Source: a virus
Direction: 5' to 3' (one strand)
DNA length: 64,000 bases
Virus record (IMG/VR): IMGVR_UViG_3300045972_000807
Coordinates: 64,001-128,000 of that record
Made by a program: the position numbers and the translations under genes. Shown here in pieces: positions 48,369 through 55,405 of the stretch (within the stretch, counting starts at the first letter, position 1; the number at the start of each line of letters is the position of its first letter). The notes beneath the pieces are model-generated. The model was not told the origin of the DNA and ran no database searches. It saw nothing but the letters and a program-made list of their open reading frames with translations.

Positions 48369-48809
48369 ATGTTAGAAGCAGTACAAACTACCGAAGAAGA
48401 CTTTGGTAACTCGCTTACCTTCCTTAACGCAACAGGCGACGTTACCATTACCTGGGACGCAGAGAACGACGAGAAGATTAAAGCACTTGTCCGAGACAAG
48501 ATGGCTAAGGGATACGTCTTCTTTACTCTCCGCAAGGTTGTTATCGAAGCCGTAAAGGTAAAGCGCAAGATCGGCGAAAAAGGCGTAGACACGATTACTA
48601 GCCTGGTAATCGAAGACGCCGAGTTTGATAAGCTGGTAAAGGACATGGACGACCGTGACCTTGCTACGCTTATGAAAGACCGTACGGCCCAGTTAGCCAA
48701 GCGTACAGGCAAGTCAAAAGAGTTCACCTCGATTGGCCGTGCCAAAGACGCCGACGAGGTTGTTAAGGGTAAGCAGGCACTAGCCGTAAGGCCAGTCGTC
48801 GGGGGCTAG
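48369..48809 (+). CDS. Protein with C-terminal di-glycine (candidate ubiquitin-like / carrier protein), 146 aa
   Basis: AGGA RBS; ends ALAVRPVVGG-stop; N-terminal TGDVTITWD and KGYVFF segments. Confidence 0.6.
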   Translation: MLEAVQTTEEDFGNSLTFLNATGDVTITWDAENDEKIKALVRDKMAKGYVFFTLRKVVIEAVKVKRKIGEKGVDTITSLVIEDAEFDKLVKDMDDRDLATLMKDRTAQLAKRTGKSKEFTSIGRAKDADEVVKGKQALAVRPVVGG

Positions 48810-48810
48810 T

Positions 48811-49599
48811 ATGCCCATAGTGGTGTCGCCTCCGCCTGTACAAGGTACGGGGGCAATCTACTGGCCTACTACTGCTACTGCTAACAATACAGGCATGTGG
48901 TACACAGGTAGCGGAACTGTGTACACCACACCCTCAACGGTTGGCACATTTTACATCCCGCCTCAAATAATAACTACAACCGCGGCGACATCCACGCAGT
49001 TCATAAGCCTATGTACGCCAACCGGCACATCGCTTACTAGCTGGATTTACTATCCCGTAAGCTCAGATTGGACGCCTACACCTGAGCAGTTAGCGTCCGA
49101 AGCCAGGTACAAAAGAGAGCAAAAAAGACTTCATGCGATCAAGGTGGAACGTGCCAAAGGTTCCATCAAGAGAGCACTGAAGCTAATGGACAACGTGGGC
49201 TTTGGCAACGAGGTTAAAGTGTTCCTTGGTGGAAGTGCTGTTGAGGTATCACACCCCGATAGCATGTTCAAATTCCTTTTGTCCAAGAGCCGTTACTCAG
49301 GCTTGATTGACAAGACGATAAACATCAGCGGGCACATGATACCGTACAAGCTAGAGCTCTACACAAAGACAGACGTGCATGTGGCCGACCTTTGCGTCTA
49401 CATGCAGGACACGCCTATCCTGGATCAGATACTCGCCCTCAGCATGTTTATCAAGTCTGGCGACGAGGATTATATCCTGGAAAAAGCAAACTGGACAATT
49501 AAAGACAAAGACCCCGTGCTAAGGCAGGCGATTCTCTTGGAGAAGCCCTGTCTTAGCAACAAACTAAAACGAATTCCCTACAACCACCACCGACCTTAA
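48811..49599 (+). CDS. Partner of the GG protein: Thr-rich low-complexity arm, charged helix and Cys-containing core (candidate conjugating enzyme)
   Basis: Starts 1 nt after the GG gene stop. Core DLCVY...TPILDQILAL...DEDYILEKANW. Confidence 0.5.
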   Translation: MPIVVSPPPVQGTGAIYWPTTATANNTGMWYTGSGTVYTTPSTVGTFYIPPQIITTTAATSTQFISLCTPTGTSLTSWIYYPVSSDWTPTPEQLASEARYKREQKRLHAIKVERAKGSIKRALKLMDNVGFGNEVKVFLGGSAVEVSHPDSMFKFLLSKSRYSGLIDKTINISGHMIPYKLELYTKTDVHVADLCVYMQDTPILDQILALSMFIKSGDEDYILEKANWTIKDKDPVLRQAILLEKPCLSNKLKRIPYNHHRP

Positions 49600-49619
49600 C
49601 TTTTCACTAGGAGCCTCCC

Positions 49620-50111
49620 ATGAACGATACCAACAGCGCAGCAAACTATACGCCCATCCATAGCCTGGATTCCACCCCAGCCACTCTGGACGATTTCAAA
49701 GCCATCCCGTTGGCCGAGTACAACCAGTTCGTAAACGGCTACGCTCAGCAAGTTCTGGCCTTCATGGCCCTGGCCGACCAAGTGTCTGACAGCCAGTTCT
49801 CTGACAGCAACATTCCATCGCACGTCCGCATCGTTGTTCCTTCCCTCAACATCGACCTGCACCTGCCGCTCAAGCTGGAAATCAATACCGTTGCAGACAC
49901 CATCACCAGCTCCATTATGACCGCCAAGGTGTCGGCCGCCACGGTGCGCCTTTCCACCGCAATCTCAGCGGCTATTCAAGCTGCCAAATCCGCAATTGAC
50001 GCGGCCAATGACGCTGCGGCTTCTGAAGCGCGAAGCGTTGCCGAAGCCCAAGAAGCCGCGCCGTTACCCACGATTGCCGAGCAAATCTCGGACACAACTT
50101 CCGCAGTATAA
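49620..50111 (+). CDS. Ala-rich acidic hypothetical protein, probably highly expressed
   Basis: AGGAG RBS, C-ending codon bias, followed by a hairpin. Confidence 0.7.
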   Translation: MNDTNSAANYTPIHSLDSTPATLDDFKAIPLAEYNQFVNGYAQQVLAFMALADQVSDSQFSDSNIPSHVRIVVPSLNIDLHLPLKLEINTVADTITSSIMTAKVSAATVRLSTAISAAIQAAKSAIDAANDAAASEARSVAEAQEAAPLPTIAEQISDTTSAV

Positions 50112-50118
50112 CTAAAGG

Positions 50119-50145
50119 ACAGGGTGGTCAGGAGCCACCCTGTTT
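50119..50145 (+). terminator. Hairpin between the 163-aa gene and the ACP gene
   Basis: ACAGGGTGG-tcaggag-CCACCCTGT-TT; an AGGAG sits in the loop. Confidence 0.55.
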
Positions 50146-50148
50146 ACT

Positions 50149-50406
50149 ATGACCACAACACGCACACCCAAAACACAAGCTGAGATCCAAGAGTATCTTT
50201 TCAAATACGTTAAGGACAACATAGGTTTCTCTGGCGAGATCGACATTAACGCCCCGCTGGCAGACCAAGGCTTCGATAGCCTCGACAGCATCGAGCTGGT
50301 CATGGACCTTGAGGACGTGTACCTGATTGAAATAGCCGACGAGGTAGCCGAGAAATGGACTACCTTGGCCGACGTTATTCTGTCTGTAGTAGCCTTGACA
50401 AAATAA
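50149..50406 (+). CDS. acpP: Acyl carrier protein
   Basis: GFDSLDSIELVMDLED...IEIADEVAEKWTTLADVI: canonical DSL phosphopantetheine Ser in an acidic 85-aa protein. Confidence 0.92.
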   Translation: MTTTRTPKTQAEIQEYLFKYVKDNIGFSGEIDINAPLADQGFDSLDSIELVMDLEDVYLIEIADEVAEKWTTLADVILSVVALTK

Positions 50407-50415
50407 GGAACAACA

Positions 50416-50826
50416 ATGTCTGACGAATCCTCCCAAGAACAAGAAGTTCTTTCTGAAGAACAGGAAAGTTCAAACGTGCTACCTACAGCTACGCCTTTTG
50501 CATCTGTCCGTGTGGACATGCTGGCCGATAGCCGAAGGCTGGAGAAGATTGCCAAGGTTGGCGAACAAACTGTATTCCCGCAGGACGTTGTCCGCATAGG
50601 TGAGTGGAAAGACTTGCCTAGCGAGTGGCCTGTCATACCGCATATCGTTCGAGGCCCAGCCCACTTCTGCGGCCCTAACCTCGTGGCTGTGCGCTTTGAG
50701 GACTCGGAAGGCTTTGTCTACTTCCCAATCCCTTCGGTAGTGGCAAACCTCTTGGGCGCAGCTTACGAAAAAGGCTCACGCACCGCGTTAGCTAACGCGC
50801 GTAAAGCGCTCGGACTCCGCCACTAG
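50416..50826 (+). CDS. Hypothetical protein
   Basis: AAGGA RBS. Confidence 0.65.
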   Translation: MSDESSQEQEVLSEEQESSNVLPTATPFASVRVDMLADSRRLEKIAKVGEQTVFPQDVVRIGEWKDLPSEWPVIPHIVRGPAHFCGPNLVAVRFEDSEGFVYFPIPSVVANLLGAAYEKGSRTALANARKALGLRH

Positions 50827-50836
50827 GACTTGAATC

Positions 50837-51244
50837 ATGCTTATCCACGGATACACAGTCACACCTACTAACTGGAAACTGATATGGCCAGAGCCTGAAG
50901 TTACTCCGGAAGTCAATAAGGTTGAAGCCACCCCGGTTGCTACTGGGTTTTTATCCACGTTCCTAAACCTGTTCCGTACCACACGAATGGGTGAAGTAGT
51001 TCCAGAGCAACCGCCTATACTACCTCAATTGGACTTGAACTCTGTGACCATCCAATGCAGCGGTCTAGAGTTTGACACCATTGGAAAGCTGTACGACGTT
51101 ATCGTCGAGGGTCACGCCTTCATCGGCATTTGGGCTATGTCTAAGAGTCCTGTGGATTGGACTACCGGCCTTATGACCGTGGTGTGCAAGTGCTCTGACT
51201 ACTTTGAGCTGTCTGAAGAAGAGCTGGAGCGAGTTTTGCCATGA
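50837..51244 (+). CDS. Hypothetical protein
   Basis: AGGA RBS; operon packing. Confidence 0.6.
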   Translation: MLIHGYTVTPTNWKLIWPEPEVTPEVNKVEATPVATGFLSTFLNLFRTTRMGEVVPEQPPILPQLDLNSVTIQCSGLEFDTIGKLYDVIVEGHAFIGIWAMSKSPVDWTTGLMTVVCKCSDYFELSEEELERVLP

Positions 51245-51582
51245 ACACTGAACTCTTAGTATCCGTAGTCACCGCAGTGTCCATAATCTGTAGCTCACTG
51301 TTAACGGTTCTTGTGACCGTGTGGGCTACGCGCAGAGCCCGAAAAGACCACGCGCTCAAGATGTCCTTGATCCAAGCCTACAAGGACATACAAGCGTTTT
51401 ACGCACTGGAGCAAGCGTACTGCGTAAGCATTGGTAACTCTCGAAACATAACGCCCGACGCCGTTAAACGTTACACTCGAAAGAAGTTACGCTTCAGCGG
51501 TAAGCCGAGTCCTTCCGAATCATCCACCCCTTCCCGCTTAGAACAAGCACTCTCCCGCCTCCTGCAAGAAACCAAGGACTAA
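51241..51582 (+). CDS. Membrane-anchored basic protein
   Basis: N-terminal TM helix followed by RRARK; ATGA overlap. Confidence 0.65.
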   Translation: MNTELLVSVVTAVSIICSSLLTVLVTVWATRRARKDHALKMSLIQAYKDIQAFYALEQAYCVSIGNSRNITPDAVKRYTRKKLRFSGKPSPSESSTPSRLEQALSRLLQETKD

Positions 51583-51586
51583 CTAA

Positions 51587-52036
51587 ATGCCCACAATCAA
51601 AAGTGTTGAACTCCGTACCAACGGTTCCCTTCAACTTATCACCGACGGTGAAGCCCTTATCGACATCGCTCCCCGTATTTTGCTGGATGAGGCTCTCACC
51701 TATATCCCGCCCGTCGAAGTGGCTGGTGGACCCAACAACGCGGACCTCACCAACGCAGCACTTCTCAACTTTTGCGCTGATCTGACCGACCGTATCACTC
51801 ACCAAGAAGCCCGCCTGGCTGAACTGGTGAACTTCATTCGGCAATTGGCTTCTGCATTGCCCAAGCCTGAGACCGCTTCCTCAGCTACTCAACCAGACCC
51901 GGCTGCGGTGTCGCCCACCGAAGTGTCTACTGCGGTCAAGCCGGAGCCTGAGGCGGTCAATCCGGAACAGGTCAACTCCGAACCGGACTACAGCGCGCCG
52001 CGTATCGTGCAGGTAACAAGCCTGACTCCTAAGTGA
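51587..52036 (+). CDS. Hypothetical protein with Pro/Glu-rich tail
   Basis: AAGGA RBS; ends just before the terminator. Confidence 0.7.
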   Translation: MPTIKSVELRTNGSLQLITDGEALIDIAPRILLDEALTYIPPVEVAGGPNNADLTNAALLNFCADLTDRITHQEARLAELVNFIRQLASALPKPETASSATQPDPAAVSPTEVSTAVKPEPEAVNPEQVNSEPDYSAPRIVQVTSLTPK

Positions 52037-52052
52037 CCTGAAAAACCACCCC

Positions 52053-52092
52053 AAAAAGCCCCGTAGTGCTCACTGTACTACGGGGCTTTTTT
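52053..52092. terminator. Bidirectional intrinsic terminator
   Basis: AAAAAGCCCCGTAGTGC...GTACTACGGGGCTTTTTT. Confidence 0.9.
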
Positions 52093-52157
52093 ACGGCCAT
52101 CTTTGTCAGAAACGTGTTAAATCCACTGCTTTTCCTGTGCTTTTCCTGATTATTCTG

Positions 52158-52186
52158 TTGTTTTTTCACACTAGACGTGTTATAAT
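52158..52186 (+). promoter_or_regulatory. Sigma70-type early promoter with extended -10
   Basis: TTGTTT-N17-TATAAT with TG immediately upstream of the -10 (TGtTATAAT), preceded by T tracts (UP-element-like). Confidence 0.8.
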
Positions 52187-52242
52187 AAGGTGCAGGCACA
52201 CGCCTGTGGCAGTAAACGATATACACAGTTTAGGAGTATGAG

Positions 52243-52557
52243 ATGAAGAAAACGATACAAACAGTTTTACCGTACGTTACGGAGTACAACGCTGAGCACT
52301 ACAATGCTCAGACGCCGATGACAAAGAAAGAGTTCCTGAAGTTGCAACCCGGAACATGGCTTGAAATTAGGTGGTTGGACGGGCCTAACAGCGTTGTCCT
52401 GCTTCTTGAAAAGCCTAAGCGCAACGCAGGTGACATTACGTTTACTTGCTGGTCGCCTACACCGACAATTCAAGGCACTACGCTTGAGTCCTCGCAGGTT
52501 ATCAGGGTACAGGGCAAAGTTAAAGTGCCTGAGATTATTTGTGGGAACTGCGGCTAG
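52243..52557 (+). CDS. Early hypothetical protein
   Basis: AGGAG RBS; first gene after the promoter. Confidence 0.65.
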   Translation: MKKTIQTVLPYVTEYNAEHYNAQTPMTKKEFLKLQPGTWLEIRWLDGPNSVVLLLEKPKRNAGDITFTCWSPTPTIQGTTLESSQVIRVQGKVKVPEIICGNCG

Positions 52558-52647
52558 TCCTACTGCGAGTGCGAAGAAGAGTAAGTGATAGACGGTGGGT
52601 AAGGAATTCAAGAGCTTTACCCACCGGTTAACAAACCTAATTGGAGA

Positions 52648-53133
52648 ATGAAAATGGCAAAGATTGAACACAACAAAATAGTTTATGCAGACCACTCTGT
52701 AGTTTGTGATCTGGAAGTTTACACACCAGATTACATGCAGGCAGTGCTCGAGCTGCTTTCAGAAGATGGTTCTGCGGAAGACCATACGGACGAGCTGGAC
52801 GCAAATAACAACGATGGGTCCTGGACCATCGAAGTGTCAGTTTTAACTAAAAATCAGATCAAGCTGATAAAACAAAAAGCTATAGCAGCTTCAGGAATGG
52901 TGGGTACCAACGTAGCCATTCAGCCAGTAGATTGGGGTGCTTACAACTGCTTCAAAGCCCCTGCGTATTCCATTCATTTTTGCGCTGACTTGGGTGAAAC
53001 AGCCGGCGAGGTATTCGCTAACTATTTGACTAAGTATCAAATAGAGTTTACCCTTATTCATCAGTATCACGCACTGTTGGTACTGCCCATAGATAGCTGG
53101 ATTAAGTTTCTGGCTTTCACTGACGGCCTATAG
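52648..53133 (+). CDS. Early hypothetical protein
   Basis: GGAGA RBS; preceded by hairpin CGGTGGGTAAG...TTTACCCACCG. Confidence 0.65.
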   Translation: MKMAKIEHNKIVYADHSVVCDLEVYTPDYMQAVLELLSEDGSAEDHTDELDANNNDGSWTIEVSVLTKNQIKLIKQKAIAASGMVGTNVAIQPVDWGAYNCFKAPAYSIHFCADLGETAGEVFANYLTKYQIEFTLIHQYHALLVLPIDSWIKFLAFTDGL

Positions 53134-53318
53134 TGAACAAAAAGGTTTACTTTAGCTTTATGGATGTCTTCTGGTCTTGTACCGAAGAGCAAATGCAGAA
53201 GCTTGAGGACGAGCTCTACAAGGGTGAAGGTGTTGACCCTGAAGAGCTCGGATGCAGGCAACTAAAAGGTCGGCCGCCAGTGCCGATCTACCAGGTTCGT
53301 CAGATCAATGATCGTTAA
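53133..53318 (+). CDS. Early hypothetical protein
   Basis: Start overlaps the upstream stop. Confidence 0.55.
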   Translation: MNKKVYFSFMDVFWSCTEEQMQKLEDELYKGEGVDPEELGCRQLKGRPPVPIYQVRQINDR

Positions 53319-53333
53319 AACGGGAGTAACAAA

Positions 53334-53621
53334 ATGAGCACAGAGAAACTTATTGAGGCCCTAAAGGCTGTAGAGGTTGACGCTTCGGTTGAAGCAAAAA
53401 CATGGCTGACTGACGATGAAGGCGGGACACTTCCCAAGTCTATTGCAACTGCTTTGCAACTGGCTGACGAAGAGCTTATCGACAGTAAAGGCGGCTGCAA
53501 CTTTCCCGCTCACCGCACTCTTGAAGCAGCAGGTTTTCCTGTTAGCTGCGGTGAGCGTGATTCGTTCGGCTGGCTTACCGGCGTTATTCGTACCCGCAAG
53601 GGCAACATTGTTTACGGTTAA
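53334..53621 (+). CDS. Conserved-looking phage protein (GERDSFGWLTG motif)
   Basis: GGGAG RBS; compact domain ending KGNIVYG. Confidence 0.7.
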   Translation: MSTEKLIEALKAVEVDASVEAKTWLTDDEGGTLPKSIATALQLADEELIDSKGGCNFPAHRTLEAAGFPVSCGERDSFGWLTGVIRTRKGNIVYG

Positions 53622-53634
53622 AAGGAGAACAGAC

Positions 53635-53820
53635 ATGCTCTACACAAAACGCAATCTGGTTATTCTTATTTCAGCAATCGTGCTTCTGATGCTTAACGTG
53701 GCTATCACGTTTGGGCTTTTCGAGCTGGGCGTTCCGGTTGTCGTAACAAGCCTCATACTGGTTGTGCTGGACATAGCGGCAGCCAAGTTCCTTTCATTCA
53801 AACTTAACGGGAGAGCCTAA
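53635..53820 (+). CDS. Two-TM small membrane protein
   Basis: AAGGAG RBS before MLYTKRN; two hydrophobic helices. Confidence 0.7.
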   Translation: MLYTKRNLVILISAIVLLMLNVAITFGLFELGVPVVVTSLILVVLDIAAAKFLSFKLNGRA

Positions 53821-53821
53821 C

Positions 53822-54118
53822 ATGGGCGCACGTATCATTATAGAGTTGCAGGGACTCTTGAATAACCCTGATGTGCATATCACCTTTGCCTGCGAGGTCC
53901 TTAAAGGCCAAGACGATACCGAAAAGGATTCGGTTAACCAACGCGCTAAAGTTAACTTCTTGTCCAACGAGAAAATTCACTGGTTCGATGTTGTGAGCTA
54001 CAACAGTAAGGTCAGCCTGGAAGCTGACTTCAACTTCTTCCGTAACGAAGACGGCCACAAGTGGCTCATGCGCTGCCTGTTTGAGGCAAGCGTTCCCTTC
54101 ACAGTTATCCCAGGCTAA
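53822..54118 (+). CDS. Early hypothetical protein
   Basis: GGGAG RBS. Confidence 0.6.
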   Translation: MGARIIIELQGLLNNPDVHITFACEVLKGQDDTEKDSVNQRAKVNFLSNEKIHWFDVVSYNSKVSLEADFNFFRNEDGHKWLMRCLFEASVPFTVIPG

Positions 54119-54129
54119 GGGTGAGTCCA

Positions 54130-54297
54130 ATGAAAAGAAGATTACTTTTTGCAGCCGGGTTCTTAGCCATATTCTGGGTAGGCTTTTCAGCAGGGCTAAC
54201 CTTCGGTGAAGATAGAACTGTTAAGAACTGCGAAAGACACGGTGAAGCTACTTTTGCCAATGGCAGTATTCGGTGCCTACCTACTTCAAGGGACTAG
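54130..54297 (+). CDS. Small membrane/secreted protein (55 aa, two Cys)
   Basis: MKRRLLFAAGFLAIFWVGFSAGL signal/TM segment, then NCERHG...IRC. Confidence 0.55.
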   Translation: MKRRLLFAAGFLAIFWVGFSAGLTFGEDRTVKNCERHGEATFANGSIRCLPTSRD

Positions 54298-54300
54298 ATC

Positions 54301-54882
54301 ATGCGAAGCCATAAACGACTTATGATGGACGCGGCGAAGATTCGCCCCATTCAGAAAAGGCTCCTAGAGCATTCAGACAACGGCTGGGTGTTTGAAGCTG
54401 TTAGCGACTCTAAGGGTTTTGCAACTTACAAGAACCGCGAGGTTGCCTACGCCTTGTGGGTAGACGATAACTTAGAGGTCCATGTCCTTGTTAACGGCAA
54501 GGACCTGGGCGTTGTCACAAGCCGCAGCACAGTGTCGCACCTTATCTGGTGCTACATGAAGGACACTCAAATGTCTAAAAATGTGCCTAAGGTCATACGC
54601 GGAAAAGACTATGGGCTGTGCCCCAAGCTCAAGACGATGGTCCTGAAACGCTTGCATCACGATCTCTGCGAGGTGCGTTTTGTAAAGGCCGATGACACTA
54701 TACGGATTATGCTTTGCACGCTGTTGCCCACGTTTATGCCTGACGAAGACTACGACGGCATCAGCTATGAGACAATGAAGAAGCGTGAAAACAACCCATA
54801 CCTTGTTACGGTGTGGGACGTGGAAAAGATGGCGTTCCGTTCCTTCACGCTGGAACGCTTTTTGAGACTGACGGTTATTTAA
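54301..54882 (+). CDS. Protein with C-terminal WYL_2/DUF2693-like SH3 beta-barrel
   Basis: EVRFVKADDTIRIMLCTL...VTVWDVEKMAFRSF signature; internal AAGGA-ATG at 54571. Confidence 0.75.
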   Translation: MRSHKRLMMDAAKIRPIQKRLLEHSDNGWVFEAVSDSKGFATYKNREVAYALWVDDNLEVHVLVNGKDLGVVTSRSTVSHLIWCYMKDTQMSKNVPKVIRGKDYGLCPKLKTMVLKRLHHDLCEVRFVKADDTIRIMLCTLLPTFMPDEDYDGISYETMKKRENNPYLVTVWDVEKMAFRSFTLERFLRLTVI

Positions 54883-54896
54883 CGAAAGGAAAACTT

Positions 54897-55190
54897 ATGG
54901 AAGAAATTCCCTTTAAAGAGGTTACAGTTACCCTGCAACTCAAGCAATGGGTTCTGTTGCTGAATCAGCTTGAGAGCGCTACAACGCTTAGAAAGCTGAC
55001 ATTGGACACTAGCAACCTGGCATCCAGGTCTCCAGAGGACTTGGAAGACTTAGCTGCTGAGGTCAAGTGTCTAGCTGACATTAGCTACTGCCTTGTCCTG
55101 ATAGATCAGCAAGGCGACCTAGGTAAATCCAGACGTCAATATCTGGAAGAAGCGTTTCCTGGAATCAACAAACTCACTAACGGAGAATAG
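54897..55190 (+). CDS. Early hypothetical protein
   Basis: AAGGA RBS before MEEIPF. Confidence 0.65.
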   Translation: MEEIPFKEVTVTLQLKQWVLLLNQLESATTLRKLTLDTSNLASRSPEDLEDLAAEVKCLADISYCLVLIDQQGDLGKSRRQYLEEAFPGINKLTNGE

Positions 55191-55191
55191 C

Positions 55192-55341
55192 ATGAAAATT
55201 AAGATATACGACGTTACCGTTTCCTACGGTTCTTGGGTTCACAAGTACCCCATGTGCGCCTGCAGCAGTTGTGGCGCCATTATCAAAGCAATGGACTTTT
55301 ATGGAGAGCATGTGCGGATTAGCGCAAAGCCCCGTAAGTAA
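55192..55341 (+). CDS. Small hypothetical protein (49 aa)
   Basis: GGAGA RBS; ends just before the terminator. Confidence 0.5.
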   Translation: MKIKIYDVTVSYGSWVHKYPMCACSSCGAIIKAMDFYGEHVRISAKPRK

Positions 55342-55350
55342 GCACCAGCG

Positions 55351-55392
55351 AAAAGCCCGCGTAGCACAAGATGCTACGCGGGCTTTTTTTTT
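55351..55392. terminator. Bidirectional intrinsic terminator between convergent blocks
   Basis: AAAAGCCCGCGTAGCA-caaga-TGCTACGCGGGCTTTTTTTTT. Confidence 0.92.
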
Positions 55393-55405
55393 GCTTCAGC
55401 GTTTA

